Source: Zootoca vivipara (taxonomy: Eukaryota). From it: DNA of 64,000 nucleotides. Shown here in pieces: positions 46,701-59,358 of this stretch. A model generated the notes under the pieces. The model saw nothing but the letters and a program-made list of their open reading frames with translations. It had not been told where the DNA came from and ran no database searches. Position numbers and translations under genes: made by a program. The first letter of the stretch is position 1; each line of letters starts with the position of its first letter. Location: assembly GCF_963506605.1 (NCBI RefSeq), contig NC_083281.1, positions 55,676,001-55,740,000 on the forward strand, given 5' to 3'.

Positions 46701-49700
46701 AATGAAAATATAATTAAAAATTATACAGCGTATTGCACATCATATTACAATTGCTGCAACAGGCAGAAAAATCATTAAGTGGTCTGCCAAGACCAGGCAT
46801 CCCCAAACTGCGGCCCTCCAGATGTTTTGGCCTACAACTCCCATGATTCCTAGCTAAGAGGACCAGTGGTCAGTGATGATGGGAATTGTAGTCCAAAATA
46901 TCTGGAGGGCCAAAGTCTGGGGGTGTCTGGCCAAGACCCTCAGCAATTTTCAAGTGGTTGGGGGGGGGAGCTTGGAAACCACTGGGCTAGAGCATGCTCC
47001 ACATTAAATTTTATGAAAAATGATTACTATTACCATTATACTCTGTAGAAGTATTCCTGCTAGAGATAATAGATCTTTTTATCTTCCTTTTATATTTCAG
47101 TTCAGTTTCTAGAGTAACTTTGTGTTGTTCACATAGATATTTACAAGACTGCAAAATCTTGCTACAATTTCGGCTGTTTAAGGGAATGCCTACTGTTATA
47201 CAACCTGAAAAAAATATAGAATACAGTATTAGTAAAATAGCATGTGACTTTGTAAAAGGCATTTTAAAAAGGATTTCAGGCTGAATTTCTCATATCTGCT
47301 TTTAGTAAATTGTGATTTACATAGTCTGGTCTTTCCAGGTTTAACATCAGTAAATCTAGCAAATACTTTTTGGGAATTCACTGGTAAACCTAATATTGAA
47401 TCAGTAAACAGAATCATAGAATTGTAGAGTTGGAAGTGGCCTTGTTATTGCTCAAATATTCAAAATTGTGGAGGGGGATCCTTCTTTGCTTAGATTTCCA
47501 AAACAAAATTACTAATTTTTAAGACACAATACAAAGTGATTGCATCTTTAAATGTAAAAAAATTATCTAGCATTTTAAAGAAAAGAAATATCTGTTAGTA
47601 TCTACCGGTAGATAAATCACCTAGTTTAGGCTTCTTACAAAACACAACAACAACAAAAACCACCTGTGCACTGCAACTCTGCTATTTTAGAAGCAGCCAG
47701 ATTACAGTTTATCCTCCTGCTTGTTGTTCTTGAACATAATGGATCTATAAAAGAGAAATGTTTTTGGATCAATATGAAACATATGGTTAAGAATTCAGGT
47801 ATGTTATGTACTTTATGTAGTTATAGACCATAATAACACAAAATTAAGATAAAGATAAAAAAGAAGTTGCTAAACTAAGTTATTCAGCCAGCATACCAGA
47901 TGAAATTTCTAAGGCATTAATTTGTTCAGTTGACACTGTGATACAGGAGCATGGTGTCCAAGTTCATAGTGTCTAACATAGTTTCCAGAACTATGTAATT
48001 TTATTACAATGTGTTGGAGGGACACACAAGTACCCCTTTAGTTAAGGTGGGTAGCCAACAAAAAAGTCCAACATTATGTCTCAAAATTCTATTTATAAAA
48101 ATGATACCTGTTAGGGTAAGTCCATTATAGCATCAGCCTTAGCAACCATTTTCCAGCTTTATGGAGCTTGAATTACTATGACAGCCTTAACTCTGGTCTT
48201 AAAATACAGTGGTACCTCGGTTTACGAACCTAATCTGTTCCGGAAGTCCGTTCTTAAATCGAAACGGTCCTTAAACCGAGGCGCACTTTCCCTAATGAGG
48301 CCTCCCACCGCTGGTGCCCTTCCACCGTTCGGATTCCGTTCTTAGACCGAGGTAAAGTTCTCAAACCAAGACACTATTTCCAGTTTTGTGGAGTTTGTAA
48401 ACCAAATTGTTCTTAAACTGGACTGTTCTTAAGCCAAGATACCACTGTAATTGAATACAACTGTGCTTATATTTTAAATGCGACAGACATTTATATCATG
48501 AATAGTTTTAACAATAAAAAGTCATACTAGATTATGAAATTTAAGACAAATTCATCACTGAATATGTGATGGAGTAATACTGTTATTCCACATGGGCAAA
48601 TATGTAGCATGCTTGGACAACATATAATGAACAATATACGTAAAACATATTGGCTTTGTTTAGATGTCATGCTAAACCATAGTTTAGCACAACATGCATT
48701 TTAGTACAACATGCATAAGCTATGGCATACCTTGGTCTCACACACCTCCTTCATTTTCCCATGCACCCAAGGATGAGTTTGTATGCTTTTGCTTCTGCTT
48801 TCAGTTAAACACAGTTTGCCATGTCATCCATACCTGGAATTGTGGTCAACACTAACTATGGTGCTTAGTTTCCAACAAGTCAGCATTATAACCTGTGGTC
48901 TGAAGTTGGCTTGTTTGTAGTGTATCTTGATTTCTGTAAGGCTTTTGACAAAGCCCCTCATGATATTATTGGGGGGAAGCTTGTAAAATGCAGTCTGGAT
49001 GAAGTTACTGTTAGGTGGATTTTGTAGCTGATTGATTGAGCAAACCTAAAGAGTGCTCACTAACTGTTCCTCATCACCCTTGAAAAGTGTGACAAGAGGG
49101 ATGCCACAGGGTTCTGTCCTAGGCCCGTTGGTGTTCAACATCTTTATAAATAACTGGGATGAAGGTGCTGAGGAGCTGCTCATCAAATTTGCAGACACAC
49201 CGCAGAAGACAGAATCGGAATTCAAGATGACTGTAACAGATTGGAGAACTGGGCCATGAATTTCAAGAGAGACAAATGTAAGGTTCTAAGAACCAGGTGC
49301 ACAAATATAAGATGGACACCTGTGAAAAGGATCTAAGGGTCTTAATAGACCACATGATTAACATGTGTGGTGCATGATCAACACAGTGTGATGCAGCAGC
49401 AAAAAAGCCAGTGTCCAGATCAAGGGAAGTGCCTCTCTATTCTGCCTTGGTCAGACAACAACTGGAGTACTGTGTCCAGTTCTGGGCACCACAATTTAAG
49501 AAGGATATTGACGAACTGGAATGTGTGCAGGAGGGAAACCAAGATGATCAAGGGTCTGGAAACTAAGCCTTATGAGGAACAGTTGAAGGAATTGAATATG
49601 TTTAGTCTGCATAAGAGGAGATATGATAGCCATCTTCAAATATCTAAAGGGCTGTCACATAGAGGACAGAGCAAGCTTGAAGTCCTGAACCAATGCCTTC

Positions 49701-52700
49701 AAGTTAGAAGAAATGAGATTCTGACTCAACATCAGGAAGAACTTTCTGACATAAGAGCTGTTAAACAGTGGAATGGACTCCCTTGGAAGGTTGTGAACTC
49801 TCCTTCCTTGGAGGTTTTTAAGCAAAGGTTGGATGGCCATCTGTCATGGATGCTTTAGTTGAGCTTGCTGCATTGCAGGGATGAGGGTGGATAATTAGAT
49901 GAACCCCAGGATGCCTTCTGACACTATAGTTCTATGAACCACAGTGTGTTGCTCCAACAAACCACTTTTAACCAAATGTAAAAAGCAAAAGGTTTTGACT
50001 GCTTCTTTTGGCTATGCAGGAGAGGAGAGAAGGGACCAAGTGCACAAGCCCAAGGCTTTGCATGATGTGCAAATGCAACCACTAAGTATGGTATATGTGC
50101 TTATTTTTCATCCAATTTAAAATAAACTAATTTCTAACAACTATCAACTTAGTAAAATGTCAGAAATTAAACACTTTTGATTAACAGTACCTACCTGCAT
50201 TTTGTACCAGTTGAGTTCTTCTTTTACCTGCAATATCTGTCTGTTTACACAATTCACTAAAAGGATAAGAAAGACATTCTTAAAACTTGACCTAATATAT
50301 ATTTCATTGTGTTGTATCATGCTTATTGACTCCCACAATTTCCCACATTGCACTGCAGTGAATAATGCTAACCAGGGAAAGGGGGGCATGTTTCCTATGC
50401 ACATTGAAGCTTGGGATAATTTTATTTATTACCTGCATTTATTTGATATAAATCTTTTTCATACACTTCGCTTCAAATAAAAATTCTAAGGGTACCTTCC
50501 ACACATGAGGCTACTCAGTAGCCATGAAGAAGTTCAAAAGCTGAAAGTAATGTTTCATTTTGAAAGAGGTCTACAGCTCCTTATATCTTCCAGATGGAAT
50601 TTCAGTCCATTAGAGTTCATGACAAATTTTAATAATATTAAATGCAGTTTGCTAATTTGAATCACAATCAGGATTTAAAAGTATCAATTTAAAATTGTAT
50701 GTAGGATCATAGATACAGTACCTTACTTGTACTTCAGACTTGCTAGATTCACAGACAGTGTTTTTATCTGTAATATGTTTATGTTGATAGCTTATGTTGG
50801 GTGTCCTCATTTTATCAGCTGCATGAAGATTAAGTTCATTTCGACTCACTGAAGCATCAATTGGATTCCTATTGGCAGGCTTTAGTAATTCATTCTTTGA
50901 ATAGTCTTTTACAAATTTAGTAGCAATCAGTTTAGTAGACATAGAATCTAGTAATTGTTGGTTCACTTCTGTATATGTTATGTCACTTGAATTTGGCTTG
51001 CTTGCATTTTCTTTAAGATGCATAGGGGTAGTCTGCAGGATCACTTCTTTGGGAATATAATCAATTAATATTTGTCTTCTCACTTTTTTCTGTGTTTAAA
51101 AAAATAGCAATTGAAGGTCATACAAAATACATCCAGTGTGTGGGGGAGGATGGAAAACCTTGGCTACTTATATTGAAGGTTCAAGGCAGGGATGATCAAC
51201 TCAGGGAGTTGACTCGTAAAAGCCAAACTTTGTGGATTAGAATGAAAACATCATTCACACCTATTACTTCTTTCATAATCTTATTTAACATTTCAGGTAT
51301 GTCTTTTTCCACTGTTGTTTTCCTTTAAGTTGAAGTCAGTTTTAATTTGCTGAACTCAATACTTGTTTTGACAATTGCATTTTGGTTCCACAATTTTAAT
51401 ATTACTGCATATTTACTTTGAAGGAAGAAGTATTTGTCAAATTCAGGTCAAATTGTTGTTGTTGTTTCATGCTCAATTCCCTTCAAAATAAGCAGCTGAA
51501 AATACTAAAAACAAGACTGGGACATAAAAATAATGAAACCTAAGAAATCATCCAACACAAACAAGACTTAGCGTTCCAAAGCATTTCAGAAAGTGTAAAC
51601 AGATAAGGAAGAGGTTTCTTCCTGTGATATCCTAACCTTCACTGATCAAATTAAAAATTAATAATTACATTACTGAGGGAAAGCATGAGGGAAGTTCATG
51701 TTGAATCACCATGACTATGTGGCTGAATATGGGGGAGCAATAATTTTACAGGTGGGTAGGATATTTTATCTGAAGTACTATTGGTAGCAGAAATATGTTT
51801 GTTTGCATAACAAAGAATGGTCATGTTTACACAGGCTAGGAATACTAGAATAGAAACAAACATCTTTAGCTAAAAAGTGACGCCAAGGCAGGATGGAAGC
51901 TTGAAACAGGTGCTATTCCCCACAGAAGGCATAACATAAACCTGTTTTCGCTGGCCCTACCTTCTGGACTGACTGGGAGGAATAACCCAGATGATGATAT
52001 CCTCCTTCCACCACAGGAAAATAGGAAAAAAAACTTTTTAAAAAAACAGCTTATCAGGCTTATGCTTCCCTTTTTATAATTCATTCAGACACTATTTTCT
52101 TGCATAGAAAATATCTATGATTTTAAAAAATCCTGATTTTAACATACTGCATCTATTCTTATTTTTTTAAAAAAAACAACAACAACAACGAAGAACCACC
52201 TGTTGTCGGTCATTTTCAAGTCCTTCGATTCTATATAAAATTTCTTTGGCTTTGTCCCAGTAGTCTTCAAGGATCATCTCTTTGTTCTGCCAATCAACCT
52301 TCAACTGTTCTGCATCATCCAGTTTTAATGAATGTTTTCCTAACTTCAGTGACAACTTCTCAGCTTTAGAAAAAGTGAGAATAAGGCAAGGTAAGCTGGC
52401 TTTATAAAAACAGAGTTATATTTTATGCTACATGCCAAAGTCTTAAAAATGTTGGCTCTCAATGAGAGTGACTTATTTAAGATGTGTTTTATTTTGCTTT
52501 TTACATCTCTCTGCAGTATTTAAAGGACCTTATACAAATACAGCCCCAGACATGCTCCCTTCATTAATATTTCTGCTACATCAAGGGAAGATGGAAGCAA
52601 GAAGAGATCAAATTAACAAGTAGAAGAAAGTGGGTAGGGAAGCATAGAACAGAAGTTGATGATCTCTAACCTGGGTGAAATAGGAAAATTTGCAGATAAA

Positions 52701-55700
52701 GCAAATGGGTAAGTGGCTAATGGGCAAGAAGATATTCTCAAATCTGCCCTATAAGTTTTTAAAAATAGTAATGAAAATAATGATAATCTTACTGATCTGC
52801 TTGCAATTTTGCAGCACAAAGGTGACAGCCTTATTTAGTTCTTCATCCTGCGATTCAGTTAGTGCCTGAATCATAAGTGGAAGGCCATTGTTCTTGACCA
52901 GAGCAAATTGATTTTCCTCTAAAAAAAATACCATTAGTTTCTTGGAACATATTTGTCCAAACTGTCCAAACAGTTGTAACAGCACCTTTTATCATATTTG
53001 GAAGAATAAGCAATAAAATTACAATGGGATGCAGTTATATTGAATTTTCAGCCCAACTTCAATTAGTCATATCTAGCTTATTTGCATACGCTCAGTAACA
53101 TATTGTAGTGTGACTTCATTTACATGAAGCTATCCTATTAGTTTTAATGGAAATATTGCATAGTGCCTTTTTAAGACTTAAGTGTTAAAGCAGAAATTTA
53201 TACTTAGCTACCACTAATAACTCTTAACTTGGCTCTGACAGTTATCAGGATTTTGTAGAAGTTCCTATATCCTGCACTAGAAATAACCACTAATGGAAAA
53301 GGTGCCTAATCATAATCCTATTTATAGTACAATCCTAACCATGTTTACTTAGAAGTAAGTTTCACTGAGTTCAATGGGGCTTAGTCCCAGGTAAGTGGAT
53401 ATAGGATTGCAGCCTAAATGTAGTAAGTTTCAAAGTGATCATTTTTATTTTATTTAAATGAGGGATAAAGCAGCTTGTTAAAACTAACCATGCATTACTC
53501 TAGCAACATCAGGTTTGGTTTCTTCATAGGTCATTATTAAGTACAGTAATTGTGCACTGGAGTTTTAATGCAAACTGCATTTGAATGCAGCATCTAACAT
53601 GTTCAATTTAAGAAATACAGAACCAGTTTCCTACCGCAGCCATATGTACAGTGTCCAAGGGTAAGTATAATACTATTTTTTTCTCCCGGATCCAGATGTT
53701 TGTAAGAAAGCAGTGTTAGGAGATTTGGCACAATATTATACCTTGGCAGGTTAATTCCAACTGCAACTATTGGTACAAAAGGGAAAACAACACCCATTAA
53801 ACTCTACATGCAGTAAAGAGACATACTTTTATAGAGCGCCTATTCCATCCTTTCTTCCAGTTATCTCAAGCTTTCATCCAATACCAGGTACAACACTAAC
53901 TACAAAATTTGTGACATCGTCTATGTGAGGAATGGAGATTAGAAGAATTTGCAACTCCCTTCCCCTCCTTGCAGTATCCTTAACTTATTTTAATGATATT
54001 TAATGTTTGTCATGTTAATAAATAAAGTCAGAAACTAAGGCAGATCCTGGTAATATAAGTAATGAATTATCTGAGAGTACTTAATCCTATATGGAGGCAT
54101 GGACCTAACTAGAACCTGGATGTACCCTTACAGAATACAAGCTTCACTTTCTGTTAAGATATTTATTAAAAAGATATTTAAATCTGTTCACTCACGGTTA
54201 TCGGCAATACAGGCATCAATCGTTTTTGTCACCACTATGGCAAGTTTTGTGCTTGCAACTGAATTCTGTCTCAATTTCACAAGAAGCTCATCCAAAACAG
54301 CTAATCCACCAACAGAAACAAAAAATTGCTGCATTCTTGCTTGAAGAAACAAAAACAAACCATAACAATTACCAGCCATGCTTCTCTCATAGTTTGCTTT
54401 AAGCTAAAGTTTTCCAGGCTTTCTGTCAAATGCAGAAGGTGTCAAGTTCAATCCCAAGCATCTCCAGATAGGGCTGGGAAAGACCCCTGTCTGAAATCCT
54501 GGAGACACTCCAATGCAATGTAGATGATACTGAGCTAGACAGATCAGTGCTCTGACTGGATGTAATAAAACTTTTGTAAATTAATTTTGAGAGAAATTAT
54601 TCACAAAAAAATTTCTATCATGATCTCAATTCATCCCTTCCTCAAATTGTTTACTGCAGCAACCATTCTATCTGGTTATTATAAACCCTTCAATTTCTCA
54701 GCATTTCTCAGATGAAAATAGGGACATCCTAATCCATAATAATAATTTTACTATTTACACCCCACCCATCTGATTAGGTTGCCCCAGCCACACTGTGCGG
54801 TTTCCAACATATATAAAAAATATAATAAAACATTAAACATTTTTAAATTTCCCTATACAGGGTAGCCTTCAGATGGCTCAGGGATCGGATAATTCCATGC
54901 CCTCCAACATTTCTCTGATAAATCCTAAGGAAAAGCAGGACATCCTAAGGAAAAGCAGGACATTCTGTCAGCTTCTGTAAATCCAGCACTATCTCTGGAA
55001 AATAGGAACACTTGGAAGGTCTATTATTATGTAACACTATGAAAGAGCTGGTACCTGAATGTACTGATTTTCCTCTGAGTTCTCTGTTTTGTATCAAGAC
55101 TGAAAGCCATCATTTTAAACTGTAAACTGCCCTGAATGCTTTGGTAGAAAGGCAACATATATATATTTAATATTTTAACAAATGAATATATAGTGATTTC
55201 TAGAAAATGCAAAACAAGCTAGAGGGGATGTGTGTCAACTCACTGTGCCATGGAAAAGCCCTCCCCTCCTCTCTTTACCTGGTTCCACTGTATGTTCTAG
55301 AATTAGAAGATAATATCACAAAAGTAGTTGCCCTATTTCTGTGCAGAAGATGCAGGAAATTAAGCACTAGAAATGGCAAAAGAAATCCCATCAGGCTTTT
55401 CACTGAAAAATAACGTGCTGGTACAATGGTTAGATACTTACAATTATTTGCAACTGTGAGCCCAATGAATGAACATACTGGGCGAACTATCTCAGGCGTT
55501 ATGCTACTTTGCAGCCAGTCTTTTGCATGAGGAAATACCGAACTGCAAAATTTCTGATTCTCCTCTGTTGGTGACAAAACAATGGCACACTTAGATATGC
55601 GTTGAAAAATACTTTCCCCTCACTGTCATCGGACAAATAATGAAATGAAATGTTTAACAAAAATATACTACCATTCTGGGGATTATTTACACTTGCACAG

Positions 55701-58700
55701 AGAGCACTGCAAATTGAAGACCACAGATGATATTCGTTAATTTTTTGATCCAAAAGGTTCAGATCACATACTGAAAGACTTGTTCTGTTAGGAAATTAAA
55801 ACAAAAACATAACAAATAGCAATTTGGGGGAGGAATTTTCAGCTTAGTACAACAATCTTGCTTTATTACTTACCTGAATAATTGAAGCAGAGCATTAAGG
55901 CAACCAGACTCTTTCGCACACATCTGCCCACGCTCTATAAAATGAACACATTTTGGCATGTAAAGATTTAAAATAATATATAAGAAGTATTTCAAATATC
56001 AAGCAATCAATAATTCAGTGAAATCTTAGAACTGTTTCACACATTATGTGGTATGAAACATGCTTGTCACTGAGGGCCTCTTTAGACACTTTTTATTGTG
56101 CATTCATGACAATTTGTGCTCAAGATGCTAGCAGGGTGGTCATAAGTGCTATTACTTTGTGAGGGGTAAACTACAGTACCCAGAATTCTTTGTGGGGTTG
56201 CGTGTACACAGCATGGTAGCATTGGGGAAGCATCTCAGAAAAAAACTAAAGCAGAATATATCAACCAGTAATGCACTTTATTGTGTCAAGGATATGTTGC
56301 TGAATACACCCACAATCAATCCCATGTCTGCAGGGGCCCTGAGTATACACCCTGCAGGGAATAGCAGCTAAGCTTAAAATGTAATATATGAAATATATAG
56401 ACCATATTCTTCAGAAAGTTAGTGACAGAAAGCTTAAAGAAGTGGTATTTTATTTTTAGAATTTAAATGTCAATCATTTCATCCTTTGCAGTTTCCAGTT
56501 TTAGTTCCTACATTTGGTGGAAATTTTTGTACTGCATTTTAACCCCAACAGGATGTACTGAGAAAGTACTTTGTTCCCCAAATTGAATTATGCTAAATTG
56601 CCCAAGGATTTATGCGATCTATAGAACTCCCAGAGATTGCAGTCTTCATGATATTATGCAACCTAAGTAGTGATTATGCAACCTAAGTAGTGATTTATGC
56701 ACTGCTAAAGCTGAGCATATCCTTAGAAAATATATTAGTTAAACTTGCTTAAGTACCTGTGAGTAGCAATAAAATTTATAAGCATGTATCTGTGAATGTA
56801 AGTCTAATTGAACTAATTGCAGTTAATATTCATCTGGAGGCTACTCATCATAATTTAAAATGTGTTTGTGTGTCTGCAATTTCCTTACATGTGTGTGTGG
56901 AGGGAAATGACTTACTGTTATTTGAAACCAGTGCTATTAAGAAATAAACAGACATTCTTTTCAAATTCACACTGGAATCATTATTAGTTAGGTGTCTGTG
57001 AAGGTCCTCAAATGATCCAGAAGTACATAATGCTTGTTGGCAGAATACTGAAACAAAATAGATATTGCTCTGAGAAATTTGTGTCTTATATTACATACAT
57101 TAAATTTAATAAAGCAAACAGAATCAAACTTTCTTATAAATTCTACAATAATAGTAGGTATCTGTATCAGTCTGTTGGGGGGAGGGATTCAAATAATAGT
57201 AGCCCTTGGAGATTAAAAAATCTCAATGTTGCCATTTTAATGTCAGAGTTGTGTCCATTTATTTTTTTGTATAGACACTGACTTATTTCTATTGGCCGCC
57301 AAAATATTTTTTGGCTACAAGGTGGGTGAAGCTCTGAGCAGGGGACACTTAAGGAACATACATAACACTGGGGGCAAGACATTTATACACAACTTGTCCC
57401 AGTGGTGTTCAAAATTAAATGAACCCACAGGAAGTGGTTATTTGTAGTACACTGATGACATCCATCTCAATTTCTCTATATTATCTGAATGTACACGCCT
57501 TTAACTGATGTTTGGATGTGGTGGTGTGATAATGAAGACTGAATCCTGATAAGACGGAGACTCTGTGGACAGAGGTGTCCTGCCTGTTGGAGCAGAGCCT
57601 CAGTGCTAGCTTCCTGCCAAGAGTGCTGCCAGTGCTTACCAAGAGGGGAAGGGGCAAGGCGGCAGGGAGGTCAAAATGATGCATGCACACTGGCGGAACC
57701 AATCCCAAACTTCTACTCATGAACATAAGAAAATAAACAGAGCCTGCTGTGCCAGGCCAATGACCCACCTACTCCAGCATCCTGTTTTCATAGTGGCCAA
57801 TCAGATGCCTAGGCAAAACCAGCAAGCAAGACCCGAGCACAAGAGCACTTTGCCTTCCTGTGGGTTTCCCACAACTGGCATTTAGAAGCATTATTGCCAT
57901 AGCCTTGTCTGCTGTTTGAAGTTTTGTTTCTCAAACCAACTTCCTGCTGATTTAGTCTCCTTAAGATGTCCCTAATTCATCTCTAGCCAGGGTATGAACA
58001 CTTTAGCATACTAAGGTAAAGAATCCATGCACCATCAACACATAAATGAATGAAGCTGCACTGATGTGAACAGTTAGTGGGGAAAGAGCTGTGAAATGCA
58101 TGGGAAATGGGGAAGAACTTCACTGAAGGTGGCAATGTGAACACAGCCTAAGAGTGTTTTTTACCAGCTTCGGCTGGTGCACCTGTTCCTGAATAAGCAT
58201 AGCTTGACCACAGTAAGCTATATATTCGTAACCTCAGTATTGGATTACTGCAATGTACTCTATGTGGGGCTGCCCTTAAGACTACTTCAGAAGCTGTGGC
58301 TAGTTCAGAATGCCATGGGTAGGTTGAAAGGGGAGCATGTAATGCACCTATTGAAGAAGCTGCACTGGCTGTCATTTTGCTACAGAGTCAAATTTAAGCT
58401 TTTGTTGTTCATATATGTACTTGAAAACTAGTCTTTTGCAGAAATGAAACAAAACACGAAAACTTAATATCTTCAAATGTGATAATATAATTATATGAAA
58501 AGAATACAATTGTGCATTACCATTATTCTCGGCTAAACCTCCTAATGTGAAGAAGGCAGCTTCCTTTACCATGCTGTGCACACTTGACTTTGCAAGGTTA
58601 TATACAAACATCAAACCACCTATTTCTCGAAAATAATCGCTTGCATCACCTAGCAAAGACAGAAACAGTGCGGAAAGTGTCAACTTTCAAAGGAATATAT

Positions 58701-59358
58701 TTTAATAATCCAAAGGAATAAGACATGGAGCAATGCAACTAGAACTCAACATCTTACTGTTTTGTTGACAGGCTGAATAAATAGTAACCAATGCCTCTTT
58801 CTGAGTAGTAGGATGATCCATTTGATATTTTAGACATTCAAGTAGTAAATTCAGATCAGTTTTCATCTCTATAAGGATAAAGCAAACAGTTTTTCAAATT
58901 ATTTTACATAAATTTAATTTTAATTAAAACAGAATTAAAACGGCTGATTAATTTACAGCCAGAATCCCATTATCTTGGCAATCCCAACAGAGCTGGCTCA
59001 GAGTCCAGTAGATTCTGTGCTAGCCCAGCCCAGCCCAGCCCAGCCCACTTTTGCAGCTCCCAAAACCACATTTTGGGAGTTTCTACTGACTACCACCAGT
59101 TGGGTGAGCACATTGGGCACTCCTCATTGATGGGGTTTCTCAGTGACATATGTCAGTGGAGTCAGGCAGTGCTAGGCAGAAGGACATCTCCAACATTGTG
59201 GATCAGGTGCTTGGATCTCTGCAAAAGGCTATGTCTTTTACCTACTTCCATTTGAAGATTAGCCTGGCAGACTGCTAAAATAATGAAAAGTAACATGGAT
59301 ATAAAATAATTTTGGCAAATTTACCACATGGCATTTTCTGATCTTTTCCATTTTCCAT
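43718..59358 (-). CDS. TERB1: Telomere repeats-binding bouquet formation protein 1 (CCDC79); 18 coding exons, ~766 aa in this model
   Basis: Exons 59358-59325, 58868-58758, 58649-58521, 57047-56916, 55934-55874, 55784-55672, 55564-55442, 54339-54196, 53766-53635, 52918-52793, 52363-52200, 51089-50722, 50256-50195, 47744-47664, 47204-47034, 46060-45948, 45584-45375, 43744-43718. ARM-repeat N-terminus ([17 protein letters not shown]) and C-terminal Myb domain match recalled TERB1; phases are consistent. Confidence 0.93.
44704..44939 (+). mobile_element. Unclassified short retroposon with 16-20-bp TSD
   Basis: TTTATTTGCTTGAGAA(Y)GGC on both sides (44688, 44940); GC-rich hairpin body; A-rich end. 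Confidence 0.7.
45375..45584 (-). CDS. TERB1: TERB1 coding exon 17 (Myb-like domain)
   Basis: [53 protein letters not shown]; acceptor position uncertain. Confidence 0.9.
45948..46060 (-). CDS. TERB1: TERB1 coding exon 16 (boundaries uncertain)
   Basis: [14 protein letters not shown]...FSFKDG; NAGNAG acceptor; alternative donor at 45920. Confidence 0.6.
46794..46929. mobile_element. hAT MITE, same family as 2907-3042
   Basis: Same TIRs, 136 bp; perfect 8-bp TSD GCCAAGAC. Confidence 0.9.
47034..47204 (-). CDS. TERB1: TERB1 coding exon 15 (TERB2-binding region)
   Basis: [39 protein letters not shown]. Confidence 0.93.
47664..47744 (-). CDS. TERB1: TERB1 coding exon 14
   Basis: [27 protein letters not shown], similar to recalled human DPFTLCS...YRCS. 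Confidence 0.8.
48207..48447. mobile_element. Tc1/mariner (Tigger-like) MITE
   Basis: TA-CAGTGGTACCTCGGTTTA...AAGCCAAGATACCACTG-TA. Confidence 0.85.
48915..49935 (+). mobile_element. CR1 LINE fragment (RT domain to 3' end), frameshifted
   Basis: [36 protein letters not shown] motifs; [24 protein letters not shown]-terminus. Confidence 0.93.
50195..50256 (-). CDS. TERB1: TERB1 coding exon 13
   Basis: [20 protein letters not shown]; strong pyrimidine tract and gtaggt donor; bridges the phases of its neighbours. Confidence 0.7.
50722..51089 (-). CDS. TERB1: TERB1 coding exon 12 (divergent linker)
   Basis: Open 368-nt frame [10 protein letters not shown]...[13 protein letters not shown]...ESSKSEVQV; phase-0 acceptor fits; donor ambiguous (50722 or 50727). 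Confidence 0.75.
52200..52363 (-). CDS. TERB1: TERB1 coding exon 11 (coiled-coil region)
   Basis: [12 protein letters not shown]...[24 protein letters not shown]. Confidence 0.92.
52793..52918 (-). CDS. TERB1: TERB1 coding exon 10
   Basis: [41 protein letters not shown]. Confidence 0.95.
53635..53766 (-). CDS. TERB1: TERB1 coding exon 9
   Basis: [43 protein letters not shown]. Confidence 0.92.
54196..54339 (-). CDS. TERB1: TERB1 coding exon 8
   Basis: [19 protein letters not shown]...[17 protein letters not shown]. Confidence 0.94.
54681..55024. mobile_element. Old hAT-like MITE with nested L2 3' tail and a 20-bp tandem duplication
   Basis: Ends ataaacccttcaa / ttggaaggtctat are imperfect inverted repeats; L2 tail ~54735-54875; atcctaaggaaaagcaggac x2. 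Confidence 0.55.
55442..55564 (-). CDS. TERB1: TERB1 coding exon 7
   Basis: [40 protein letters not shown]. Confidence 0.95.
55672..55784 (-). CDS. TERB1: TERB1 coding exon 6
   Basis: [37 protein letters not shown]. Confidence 0.93.
55874..55934 (-). CDS. TERB1: TERB1 coding exon 5
   Basis: [19 protein letters not shown]. Confidence 0.9.
56653..56692. repeat. Perfect 20-bp tandem duplication
   Basis: attatgcaacctaagtagtg x2. Confidence 0.9.
56916..57047 (-). CDS. TERB1: TERB1 coding exon 4
   Basis: [43 protein letters not shown]. Confidence 0.93.
58150..58420 (+). mobile_element. L2 LINE ORF2 fragment
   Basis: [30 protein letters not shown]...LHWL. Confidence 0.85.
58521..58649 (-). CDS. 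TERB1: TERB1 coding exon 3
   Basis: [42 protein letters not shown]. Confidence 0.95.
58758..58868 (-). CDS. TERB1: TERB1 coding exon 2
   Basis: [37 protein letters not shown]. Confidence 0.95.
59325..59358 (-). CDS. TERB1: TERB1 first coding exon (coding part; acceptor at 59388)
   Basis: [11 protein letters not shown]; donor G|gtaaat; phase fits next exon. Confidence 0.8.

Noticed and set aside
51255-51480. Possible extra TERB1 exon ([14 protein letters not shown]-like frame)
   Set aside because: Phase-0 entry from the candidate acceptors hits stop codons, and the flanking exons join in frame without it; it would need a 1-nt indel, which raw reads could test.
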